From Spirochaetia bacterium (GTDB lineage: Bacteria > Spirochaetota > Spirochaetia > CAKZLE01): 64,000 nucleotides of DNA. The translations under genes were made by a program, and so were the position numbers. Position 1 is the stretch's first letter; every line of letters starts with the position of its first letter. The notes below the pieces were generated by a model that was not told the origin of the DNA, did no database searches, and was given only the letters and a program-made list of their open reading frames with translations. Location of the stretch: NCBI GenBank assembly GCA_963677595.1, contig OY782041.1, forward strand, positions 3,904,001 to 3,968,000. The letters run 5' to 3'. This document shows positions 48,599 through 57,491 of the stretch, piece after piece.

Positions 48599-50335
48599 TC
48601 AGGTGATCGAGATCGGGGTGAACCTGAACTCCCGCACATCGAAGAGCCCCATATCGGTGAGCTTGAGGTCCGGGATGACCGGAAGGGAGAGGAAGCTCAA
48701 GGTCATGAAGGGATCTATCCCGGGGTTTATACCGAAGCGGTCATGGGCCTTCCCATGCATGCTGTCCAGTTTTTCCTTCACATAGGCTGCAGACTCATTC
48801 GTCATGAGCCCGCCTATCGGCAGTGGCAATGACTCGATGATGACGCCGTCGGCACACAGCGTGATCCCTCCCCCGATAGCGATGAGCTCGTTCACCGCAC
48901 AGTAGATATCCTCGTCGTTGTCACCGATGGCTATGATGTTATGGGAATCATGGGCTATGGTCGTTGCGACTGCCCCGCCGGTAAGACGGTAGTTCTCCAC
49001 GATCCCAAGCCCGATGCTGCCGGTCTCGTGGTGCCGTTCGATGACGACGAGCTTGAGCAGGTCGAGGTTCTCATGGGTGGTGAAGTACCCATCCTCATCC
49101 CTGTGGACCTTCCTGACGACGTTCTCCGTGACCAGGGAATGGGGTGCGACCCGTATTACCCGCGCCAGGTCGCTCTCCAGCGGCAGGGCAAGCGACTCGA
49201 TCCCGAAGGGTCTCACATGCATGGTCCCGGAGACCGGGCTGATCGGGGTATCGCTGATCTCATGGGTCATCCTGCCGTCCTTCGCTGTGAGCTTGCCAGC
49301 GACATAGACATTCCTGACCCGGAATCCCTCAAGGTCATCGACGAGGAGGAAGTCAGCCTGGTACCCGGGGGCGATGGCGCCGTACCCTGTGAGACCATAA
49401 CATTCCGCTGCGTTTATCGTGGCCATCTGTACAGCCGTGATCGGGTCGATCCCGTACTTCACGGCAAGCCTGAGGTGGTTGTCGATATGTCCCGACCCTA
49501 TGATATCCTCAGGCTGCCGGTCGTCGGTACAGAAGAGACAGCGTCTCGAATTGAAGCCACTCACCCCCCTGATGAGGTCAGCGAGGTTCCTTGCGGCGGA
49601 TCCCTCACGGATGAGGACATACATCCCCCTCGAGAGCCTGTCACGCATCTCATCGACGGTTGAGCACTCATGGTCGGTGCGGATGCCCGCAGCCGCATAG
49701 GTGTTGAGGTCCTTTCCCTCGAGCATGGGGCTGTGGCCGTCGATCAGCTTGCCGGCCCTCTTTGCCGCCATCAACTTCTCCAGGATCGGCTCCCCTCCAT
49801 TCACGACACCGGGATAGTCCATCATCTCCCCCAGCCCGAGGATGCGTTCATGGCCCATGAAGGACTCGATGGCCTGCGCATCGATCGAAGCCCCGGAATG
49901 CTCGAATCCCGTTGCCGGGACACAGGAGGGAAGCATCATCCAGACATGCATCGGGACCCCCCGCGTGGCATCGAGCATGTACTTGATACCCCTCATGCCT
50001 GACACATTCGCGATCTCATGCGGGTCCGCGATGATCGTCGTGGTCCCACACGGTAATACAGTCCGTACGAACTGTTCCGGGGAGACCATCCCCGATTCTA
50101 TATGGACATGGCTGTCGACCAGCCCGGGAATGACATAAGCCCTGTGAGCATCGATCTCCTCGATTCCCTCATATGCGCCGATACCGGCGATACGGCCTTG
50201 TGCCACAGCCAGCGAGCCCTCGATGACGGTATGGTTGAACACGTCGACGATCCTCGCGTGCCGTATGACCAGGTCTGCCTTGCGCCTTCCGGCCGCGACA
50301 TCCAGGAACTGCCTAAGTCCTTCTGTTTCAGTCAT
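48599..50335 (-). CDS. ade: Adenine deaminase
   Basis: DSHVHIES, DPHEIANV, DGHSP, TDHE, REGS, CTDD, AHDSHN, LPVIPDLKLTD. Confidence 0.95.
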   Translation of the reverse strand: MTETEGLRQFLDVAAGRRKADLVIRHARIVDVFNHTVIEGSLAVAQGRIAGIGAYEGIEEIDAHRAYVIPGLVDSHVHIESGMVSPEQFVRTVLPCGTTTIIADPHEIANVSGMRGIKYMLDATRGVPMHVWMMLPSCVPATGFEHSGASIDAQAIESFMGHERILGLGEMMDYPGVVNGGEPILEKLMAAKRAGKLIDGHSPMLEGKDLNTYAAAGIRTDHECSTVDEMRDRLSRGMYVLIREGSAARNLADLIRGVSGFNSRRCLFCTDDRQPEDIIGSGHIDNHLRLAVKYGIDPITAVQMATINAAECYGLTGYGAIAPGYQADFLLVDDLEGFRVRNVYVAGKLTAKDGRMTHEISDTPISPVSGTMHVRPFGIESLALPLESDLARVIRVAPHSLVTENVVRKVHRDEDGYFTTHENLDLLKLVVIERHHETGSIGLGIVENYRLTGGAVATTIAHDSHNIIAIGDNDEDIYCAVNELIAIGGGITLCADGVIIESLPLPIGGLMTNESAAYVKEKLDSMHGKAHDRFGINPGIDPFMTLSFLSLPVIPDLKLTDMGLFDVREFRFTPISIT

Positions 50336-50484
50336 ATATTCCCAGTCCTCCTGTTTTGAGTATAGTAGCACGATTCAGCCCTATCCGCAACAGAATGCAA
50401 CAATTTATATTTTCCCCTGTACATGGGATACCAATCATAGTACAATGTTCGATAGTATAAATATTTTCCTAAAGGAGAGGATAG

Positions 50485-51765
50485 ATGGAAAAATTCTTTA
50501 AACTTCAGGAGCATAAGACGAATATGCGGACTGAGGTTCTGGCTGGTCTCACAACGTTTCTGACCATGGCGTACATTCTTATTGTGAACCCGCTCATTAT
50601 GAGTGAGACAGGAATGGATTTCGGGGCATTGTTCACCGCAACAGCCCTTTCATCTGCGATCGCGACCCTCGTTATGGCTTTTGCCGCAAACCTGCCGTTC
50701 GCCCTCGCACCCGGTATGGGACTCAATGCGTTCTTCGCATATACCGTAGTCCTGACCATGGGCTATTCCTGGCAGTTCGCACTGACAGCGGTCTTCCTCG
50801 AAGGTATCATCTTCATCATCCTGACGATCTTCAACGTCCGGGAAGCCATCATCAACAGTATCCCGATGAACATCAAGAAGGCTATCTCCGTAGGTATCGG
50901 CTTGTTCATCGCGTTCATCGGCTTCCAGAATGCCGGGATCATCGTAGACGGGGCTACCCTCGTCACCCTTGGTGACCTGACGACAGGGACAGCGCTGCTC
51001 GCAGTCATCGGGCTGGTCGTCACAGGTGTCCTCCTGGCTTTCAAGGTCAAGGGATCACTCCTGATCGGTATCGTGATCACGACGCTCATCGGTATACCCT
51101 TCGGGATCACCCAGGCCCCGAGCGGAAGCTGGGCACCCCCATCACTCGGGCCGATCATCTTCAAGTTCGAGTTCGCGCAGATCTTCACCTTTGACATGCT
51201 GATCGTGCTCTTCACCTTCCTGTTCGTCGACATGTTCGACACGGTCGGGACCCTGATCGGTGTATCGACGAAAGCCGGCATGCTCGATGCGAAGGGGAAC
51301 ATCCCCAAGGTCAAGCAGGCACTCATGGCAGATGCTATCGGTACGACAGTAGGCGCATGCCTCGGTACCAGTACGGTCACGACCTATGTCGAGAGTTCCG
51401 CTGGTGTTGCTGAAGGCGGACGGACCGGTCTCACAGCCCTCACGGTTGCAGTCCTGTTCATCATCGCGCTCTTCCTCTCACCACTGTTCCTGGCGATCCC
51501 GGGTGCAGCCACAGCCCCTGCCCTCATCCTGGTTGGCCTCTTCATGATGTCACCGGTCAAGGATATTAACTTCGATGACTTCACGGAAGCCATCCCTGCA
51601 TTCCTGACCCTCATCATCATGCCGGTCGCCTACAGCATCGCAGACGGTATCATGATCGGTATGCTCTCATGGATCCTCCTCAAGCTCTGCACAGGCAAAG
51701 CAAAGGAGATCAACGTACTCACTATCGTGATCGGGATCCTGTTCATACTCAAGCTTCTTGCATAG
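50485..51765 (+). CDS. NCS2/AzgA (PbuG-like) purine permease
   Basis: TTFLTMAYIL, APGMGLNAFF, DMFDTVGTL, YVESSAG..EGGRTG, YSIADGI. Confidence 0.93.
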   Translation: MEKFFKLQEHKTNMRTEVLAGLTTFLTMAYILIVNPLIMSETGMDFGALFTATALSSAIATLVMAFAANLPFALAPGMGLNAFFAYTVVLTMGYSWQFALTAVFLEGIIFIILTIFNVREAIINSIPMNIKKAISVGIGLFIAFIGFQNAGIIVDGATLVTLGDLTTGTALLAVIGLVVTGVLLAFKVKGSLLIGIVITTLIGIPFGITQAPSGSWAPPSLGPIIFKFEFAQIFTFDMLIVLFTFLFVDMFDTVGTLIGVSTKAGMLDAKGNIPKVKQALMADAIGTTVGACLGTSTVTTYVESSAGVAEGGRTGLTALTVAVLFIIALFLSPLFLAIPGAATAPALILVGLFMMSPVKDINFDDFTEAIPAFLTLIIMPVAYSIADGIMIGMLSWILLKLCTGKAKEINVLTIVIGILFILKLLA

Positions 51766-51794
51766 TCTCCCCATTTCGGTATACTAGAACCTAT

Positions 51795-51830
51795 ACGGCT
51801 GTCTGTTCAGAACAGACAGCCGTTTCACTT
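51795..51830 (+). terminator. Strong hairpin / probable terminator after the purine permease
   Basis: ACGGCTGTCTGTT-CAG-AACAGACAGCCGT followed by TTCACTTT. Confidence 0.65.
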
Positions 51831-51840
51831 TCAGGAGGAT

Positions 51841-52635
51841 ATGCAGATGGGACAGGTGATCATCACGGGGGCATCGAGGGGGATCGGGCGGGTGACTGCC
51901 CGGCAGTTCGCAGCTGCGGGGTATGAGGTAGTGGGTACGTCGAGAAACCCGCAGGGACTCGATACGGCGGGAGATCCCCCTGGACTGACCTACGACCTCC
52001 TCGACCTCTGCGACCCCGCCTCCATCGAGGCGTTCTGCACGCGCCACCCGGAGACTGACATCCTCATCCATAATGCGGGCATCTCACAGATAGGTGCTGC
52101 GGAGGACTTTGCCGACGAGACGATCGAGGAGCTCTACCAGACGAACCTGTTCGGGATCATGAGGCTCAACAGGTTCTACATCGGGAAGATGCGTCAACGG
52201 GGTTCAGGAAAGATCATCCACGTCAGTTCCCTTGCAGCCTTCACGCCGGTCCCCTTCTCCTCGGTATACGCATCTTCGAAGGCCGGCCTGGTCGCCTACT
52301 CCTCCGCCCTGCGCAGCGAGCTCCACCAGTACGGGATATGGGTCACGACGGTATTCTTCGATTTCGTGAAGACCACCCTCCCGCAGCTGGAAAATATACC
52401 GGAGGGGTCTGCGTATGCTCTTCAGGTGAGAAGGGCCAAACGTCAGCGGGACAGGAGTATCGAGGAGGGTATGCATGCAGACAGGGTCGCACAGGCCATA
52501 TTCCGTACTGCAGGACGGCGGAAGCCGCCTATCCTTCTCCCCATCGGGGGAAGGACACGGTTCATGTACCTGGTGAGCCGTCTGCTGCCTCCCGGCATCG
52601 TGGAGCGGCTTATACGCCTACGGTATGAACTCTGA
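51841..52635 (+). CDS. Short-chain dehydrogenase/reductase (SDR)
   Basis: TGASRGIG, NAG, SS, YASSK. Confidence 0.9.
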   Translation: MQMGQVIITGASRGIGRVTARQFAAAGYEVVGTSRNPQGLDTAGDPPGLTYDLLDLCDPASIEAFCTRHPETDILIHNAGISQIGAAEDFADETIEELYQTNLFGIMRLNRFYIGKMRQRGSGKIIHVSSLAAFTPVPFSSVYASSKAGLVAYSSALRSELHQYGIWVTTVFFDFVKTTLPQLENIPEGSAYALQVRRAKRQRDRSIEEGMHADRVAQAIFRTAGRRKPPILLPIGGRTRFMYLVSRLLPPGIVERLIRLRYEL

Positions 52636-55600
52636 GAGCGGGTTCTCGAGTGCTTCGGGTTCCTTGCTGAGTTCGAGCGGCACGATCTTGTTCATCTCTT
52701 CGACGATCCCTGAGGTATGTTCCCCGAAATCGAACATATTGAGGAGTTTCCTGAACATCGGGCGCACGAAATGGCGCAGCTGGTTGCTGTCCTTCTCGTA
52801 GGTCGTCTTGCTGTGGAGCACGAGGACGGTCACAGGGTCCGGGGACCGGAACATGCCGACCTCCTCGAACCCGAACTTCTTGTAGAGCTTGATCGTCTTC
52901 TTGTCATTCTGGAATACATCGATGATGACGTCCTCGACCCCGAGGTACCGCGAGAAGAGGAATACCAGGATGATCAACCCGATGGACACAGAGGTATTGC
53001 GCATCTCGGGCAGGACTGCCAGACGCAGGATCTCGGAACACTTCCTCCTCGATTTCAGCACTGACTCGATATCGAAGTTCTTGGCGATGGGCATCGGCCA
53101 GACATGTTCGGAAGTCAGCAGGGAGACCGTACCGACCGGCTGGATACCCTGGTATGCCAGGATATGGACGGCTTTCTCGTCGATCTCACGGTGGATCGAT
53201 TCCTCAAGGTAGCCCTTCTCGCCAACGAGCACCTTTCGCTGGATATAGAAGACATCATTGAGCCCGGTCGAATCGGTGACGAGGGTGAACGATATATTCT
53301 TCTTCTCATCCTCGTTGATCGGGAAGATCACGATGAATTCCGCTCCCTGCCCCTCTTCGCTCTTCACCCGTATCCTGCCGTCCATGCTGTCAACGATCTT
53401 GTAGCAGTTGGACAGCCCGAGGCCTGTCCCCTTCCCGGGAGCCTTCGTCGTGAAGAACGGCGTGAAGATCTGGTTGATGTCCTTGGAAGAGATCCCCGCA
53501 CCGGTATCCTTGATCGACACGTGGACGAAGCCGTTGACGACCCGGCAGTGCAGGGTCAGCGTCCCCTTCCCGTCCATTGCCTGCATGGCATTGACGATAA
53601 GGTTGAGGAAGAGCTGCTGCAGCTCGCTCTCGTTCGCCTCGATGGTGGGTAGGGCCTGGTAGCTCCGTTCCACCTTGATGTTCTTCGACTCATTACCACG
53701 GGAAGCGAGACGCAGGGAGAACTCGAGGATCCGCACGATGTCGACGGCCTGTTTCTCACGCTCCTCCTTCCTGGTATACACGGACAGTTCCCTGATGACA
53801 TCCGCAGCGGTCTTGGAGTATGAGATGATATCCTCTACATACTCCTTGATGGGAGAATCTTCTTCTATCTCAGACAACATGATCTCTCCAGTACCAAGGA
53901 TCCCGGCCAGGGGGTTGTTCAGTTCATGAGCGATGCCGGCAGCGAGGGTACCGATGCCTGCCATCTTCTCAGTCCTGACCAGTTCCTGCTGCAGGTTCTT
54001 ATTCTCAGTTACGTCATTGATGATCTCTATGAACTGTCCCTTTGAGTTCTTCGGGACCCGGATCGTATGGAATTGGAATGAATAGGTGGCATCCCCCACA
54101 TCAGCCTCGGAGACCTGCATCGCACCGGAGTGGAGACAGTCGAGGGCTTTGCAGAATGAACAGGGCCTGTTCCGGTCAAAGAGGACCCGGTAGCACTTGC
54201 GCCCGATGAGCTCCTCCCTGTTCTTACCGACGAAACCCGTGGTAGCACTGTTGACCTCACGGACCGTGTAGTCGATATCGATCATGCATACCGGGGATGC
54301 GATCCCGTTGAAGATCGCTTCGAGCTTGTTGTTGCTCATGATGAGTTCATGGCCCTGGTTGCGCAGCTGCTCGAACGAGAGCGCATTCTTCAGGGAGAGG
54401 GAGCACTGGGCAGCAAGGATCTCCAGGGCATCGAGCTCGATCTTGGAGATGATCATCTTGACCGGGTCGAACCCGATGAAGATGTAGCCCGCGATGCTCT
54501 TCCTGAAGATGAGCGGGATCACGACATCCGCATCGGGCAGCTTGGCACTGGTCATGAACCGCGGCTCATCCGGTTTTGCATAGAGGATGGAGCTTATATT
54601 CTCCTTCTGGAAGTTCTCGAGGTGGCGCTTCACGGAATCGGTGAAGTTGAACCGCACCTCGGAACCGATCTTCAGGTTCGTCTTGCAGTTGTTGTTCGAG
54701 ATCAGCTTGAAGTGGTCCTGCGTGTCCTTGAGGTCCTTGACGACGAAGAGGACCCAGTCGGTCTGGGAACCGATCTTGAGGGTCTCAACGACCTCATCCC
54801 CGAGTTCGGTGAGGTCCACGATGGTCGTGAGCCGCTGGCTCAGCCCCTTGATCGTCGCCTGGTAGGGGTGCCGCTTCGGGATGATGATCTTGTCGATCAT
54901 GTAGGAGATCAGGTTTCGTATCGGGTGGATCACGATGACCGTGACCAGTCCGAGGATGAAGGAGAGCTGTATGGTATTGAACGGGGCGAAGTCCTTGTTG
55001 AAGATCTGGACGATGTAGAAGATGACGAAGTAGGCGATCGCCGCGAAGATCACGAGGATCGTCGAGAACATGATGCTCAAGCCGATGCGGGAGTAGTTGA
55101 TCAGTTTGAACTTATAGATCGTGTAGAAGAGCAGGAAGGCATTGATCGTCGCCGCGAAGATATCGATGGGATACCTGCCGAGCACAGGGTTGACGTTGAG
55201 GAAGATACCGACGAGCATGATGATCACACCGATGAGCGGGAGATAGATATCCTTCCCGTAATGGATGCTGCTCTTCGACCGCTTCCCGATGAAGAGGATC
55301 AGCAGGATGAGGATCAGGTAGATATAGTCGATGGAGTACGCGATGTATACGCCGCTTCCCAGGGTATAGTGGAAGACGTTCATCTCATCGAACCATGCCG
55401 CGGAGACGACCCTCCCGGTCAGGTTCAAATACCCGAGCAGGAAGATGATCAGGTAGCTGTAATAGACGAATATACGGATCGGGCGGACCTTGATCTCCAT
55501 GATGTCGAGTATGAAGTGCATCAGCGGGAAGGGTGCTGACAGGAGGCCGAGGAGCATCACCTTGTTCCAGAGCAGCGGTGTGTAGATCGAACTGTTGAGG

Positions 55601-55764
55601 TGCATCATCAAGGAGCCGAAACTCCATACTACGATGAAACACATGTAGAGCTGGAAGGACCAGTAGAATCGATCCTTCTTATACTGCAGGAAACCGAACG
55701 CAGCAAAGAAGACATAGAGTATGAAAGATATAGCAGGTATGATGGTCGACACATCAATAATCAT
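52618..55764 (-). CDS. Multi-TM sensor histidine kinase (membrane-GAF-PAS-HisKA-HATPase) with a C-terminal FeeM/LuxI-like GNAT acyltransferase domain
   Basis: About 290 aa polytopic N-terminus; IPLIFRKSIAGYI..LEILAAQ GAF; CYRVL..RPC..C PAS; AHELNNPL H-box; NLIVNA, DTGAG, FTPFFTTK, GTGLGL; then VFYIQRKVLVGEKGY...HILAY...PVGTV...EILRLAVLPEMR...LYKKFGF. Confidence 0.9.
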   Translation of the reverse strand: MIIDVSTIIPAISFILYVFFAAFGFLQYKKDRFYWSFQLYMCFIVVWSFGSLMMHLNSSIYTPLLWNKVMLLGLLSAPFPLMHFILDIMEIKVRPIRIFVYYSYLIIFLLGYLNLTGRVVSAAWFDEMNVFHYTLGSGVYIAYSIDYIYLILILLILFIGKRSKSSIHYGKDIYLPLIGVIIMLVGIFLNVNPVLGRYPIDIFAATINAFLLFYTIYKFKLINYSRIGLSIMFSTILVIFAAIAYFVIFYIVQIFNKDFAPFNTIQLSFILGLVTVIVIHPIRNLISYMIDKIIIPKRHPYQATIKGLSQRLTTIVDLTELGDEVVETLKIGSQTDWVLFVVKDLKDTQDHFKLISNNNCKTNLKIGSEVRFNFTDSVKRHLENFQKENISSILYAKPDEPRFMTSAKLPDADVVIPLIFRKSIAGYIFIGFDPVKMIISKIELDALEILAAQCSLSLKNALSFEQLRNQGHELIMSNNKLEAIFNGIASPVCMIDIDYTVREVNSATTGFVGKNREELIGRKCYRVLFDRNRPCSFCKALDCLHSGAMQVSEADVGDATYSFQFHTIRVPKNSKGQFIEIINDVTENKNLQQELVRTEKMAGIGTLAAGIAHELNNPLAGILGTGEIMLSEIEEDSPIKEYVEDIISYSKTAADVIRELSVYTRKEEREKQAVDIVRILEFSLRLASRGNESKNIKVERSYQALPTIEANESELQQLFLNLIVNAMQAMDGKGTLTLHCRVVNGFVHVSIKDTGAGISSKDINQIFTPFFTTKAPGKGTGLGLSNCYKIVDSMDGRIRVKSEEGQGAEFIVIFPINEDEKKNISFTLVTDSTGLNDVFYIQRKVLVGEKGYLEESIHREIDEKAVHILAYQGIQPVGTVSLLTSEHVWPMPIAKNFDIESVLKSRRKCSEILRLAVLPEMRNTSVSIGLIILVFLFSRYLGVEDVIIDVFQNDKKTIKLYKKFGFEEVGMFRSPDPVTVLVLHSKTTYEKDSNQLRHFVRPMFRKLLNMFDFGEHTSGIVEEMNKIVPLELSKEPEALENPLSEFIP

Positions 55765-55823
55765 GCAGGTTCCTTTTATGTACTTTTCAATTGTGCCTGT
55801 TCATACTATTATAAAGATAAATT

Positions 55824-56387
55824 ATGGAATTTATCAATTTAATTCTGATTGGAACAGCAGGGTACATCCTGGTCTGTATATATGACCTCTCTCAATTATA
55901 CAGGAAAACTCTCCTCCGGTATATGAGTTCCACAGGTTTCATACTCACTTCAGTACCCTATATCATACTACTCTCCAATCGCGATTTTGTCCAGCTGACT
56001 ATTTCACATGTGATCCTGTTCACATTTCTGGCTATTCTAACCGGCCTGCTCATCTATTCCGTACTGATCGAGATCCCTCTCTATTACCATCGTATGAAGG
56101 GCCGTGAGAGCTCCCCAGGCAGTGCCCCGCCGCAACTCTATCGCCAGGGAACCTATGGATTCTCTCGACATCCGGGGTTTATCTGGTATACTGGAATCAA
56201 CAGCCTGTTCATCATCCTGGATACCCGATATCTCATGCTCATGGTGATATTGACAATATGCAATCTTTTATTGATTATAGTAGAAGATATTCATATCTTT
56301 CCAAGACTTTTTCCAGGCTATGAAGCATATAAAGAATCGGTCCCATTCATTCTGTCAGTTGGGATACGAAATAAAAGGGAGTCCTAG
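55824..56387 (+). CDS. ICMT/PEMT-family integral membrane methyltransferase-like protein
   Basis: Several TM segments, LYRQGTYGFSRHPG, ED..F..LFPGYEAYKESVP C-terminal pattern. Confidence 0.7.
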   Translation: MEFINLILIGTAGYILVCIYDLSQLYRKTLLRYMSSTGFILTSVPYIILLSNRDFVQLTISHVILFTFLAILTGLLIYSVLIEIPLYYHRMKGRESSPGSAPPQLYRQGTYGFSRHPGFIWYTGINSLFIILDTRYLMLMVILTICNLLLIIVEDIHIFPRLFPGYEAYKESVPFILSVGIRNKRES

Positions 56388-56390
56388 AAA

Positions 56391-57419
56391 GTGAACCAGC
56401 ACCATATAATCACGACTGACGACGATCCTGCTATCAGAAAGGTTCTGGAACTGATCCTGAAGAAGGCAGATTACAAGGTGACCAAATGCACTAACGGCGA
56501 TGAGCTCATCAGCCAGCTGAAGATCGACCATGCTTCGGTAGACCTGGTGATCCTCGACATCAAGATGCCCGGGAAGTCAGGGTTCGAGGTCCTGGAGATC
56601 ATCCACTCCCGCTACCCTGACCTCCCGATCATCATGATGACGGCATTCAGCGACCTCGAGACGGGCATGAAGGCCATCAGGGAGGGGGCTGCTGACTTCC
56701 TCTCGAAGCCGGTGCACAAGGCTGAGCTCCTCGACTGTGTCGAGCGGGTGCTCACCAAGTCGAAGGAACAGAAGGCAAAATCACACGCCTTCCACATCAA
56801 CTCCAACTACCAGAAAGAGCTCGAGACGAAACTCGATGATGCCTATATGACCATCATGAAGACCACGATGGCAACGATAGAGGCATTGTCGGAGACCATC
56901 GAGCAGAAGGATGTCTACACGAAGGGCCACTGCAGCCGGGTACGTTCCCTCTCGCTCAAGATAGCGGAATACCTCCCGCTCTCCTCCGATGATCTGCTCA
57001 TCCTCGAAGCCGGAGCCCTGCTCCACGACATCGGGAAGATCGGTATCTCCGAACAGATCCTCAACAAGAAGTCAACGCTCACCGATGAGGAGTTTGAGAC
57101 GATCAGGATGCACCCAGAGGCCGGGGCGAAGATCGTGCAGTACATCGACCTCTTCAAGCCCTATCTCCCGATCATCAGGAACCACCATGAGCGGTATGAC
57201 GGGACGGGCTATCCCGACGGGCTCAAGGGAGAGGAGATCCCCCTCCTGGTGCGTATCGTGACCTTGACCGACGCCTTTGATGCCATGACGAGCAACCGCC
57301 CCTACCGGGACGCCCTTCCCAAGCTCTTTGCCGTGGAGGAGCTCAAGCTCAACAGGGGCTCTCAGTTCGACCCCCACCTTGTCGATATCTTCATCGATCA
57401 TGAGATCTACGAGCTGTAG
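56391..57419 (+). CDS. Response regulator with HD-GYP phosphodiesterase output (RpfG-like)
   Basis: Receiver domain DDD, LDIKMPG, MTA, KP; HD-GYP motifs YTKGH, LHDIGKIG, HHERYDGTGYP, DAFDAMTSNRPYR. Confidence 0.95.
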   Translation: MNQHHIITTDDDPAIRKVLELILKKADYKVTKCTNGDELISQLKIDHASVDLVILDIKMPGKSGFEVLEIIHSRYPDLPIIMMTAFSDLETGMKAIREGAADFLSKPVHKAELLDCVERVLTKSKEQKAKSHAFHINSNYQKELETKLDDAYMTIMKTTMATIEALSETIEQKDVYTKGHCSRVRSLSLKIAEYLPLSSDDLLILEAGALLHDIGKIGISEQILNKKSTLTDEEFETIRMHPEAGAKIVQYIDLFKPYLPIIRNHHERYDGTGYPDGLKGEEIPLLVRIVTLTDAFDAMTSNRPYRDALPKLFAVEELKLNRGSQFDPHLVDIFIDHEIYEL

Positions 57420-57431
57420 GTCAGGGGCATG

Positions 57432-57459
57432 AAAAAAGCCGACTGTGGGGACAGTCGGC
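57432..57459 (-). terminator. Intrinsic terminator of ygeW, between convergent genes
   Basis: GCCGACTGT-GGGG-ACAGTCGGC preceded by A6 on the + strand. Confidence 0.75.
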
Positions 57460-57491
57460 AGGGTTTGGGTTATGGAGGTCGTTAGACCTGC

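Noticed and set aside
50336-50484. Purine riboswitch upstream of the NCS2 permease or ade
   Set aside because: The aptamer core (TATAAT...GATATGG...GTTTCTAC) and an expression-platform terminator are not visible; it looks like a plain divergent promoter region.
54349-55539. 396-aa plus-strand ORF, and similar long ORFs at 8093-8968, 24317-25228, 33333-34172, 48941-49663 and 58149-58832
   Set aside because: They lie antisense to well-supported genes and have no recognisable motifs; they are typical shadow ORFs caused by GC-rich codon bias.
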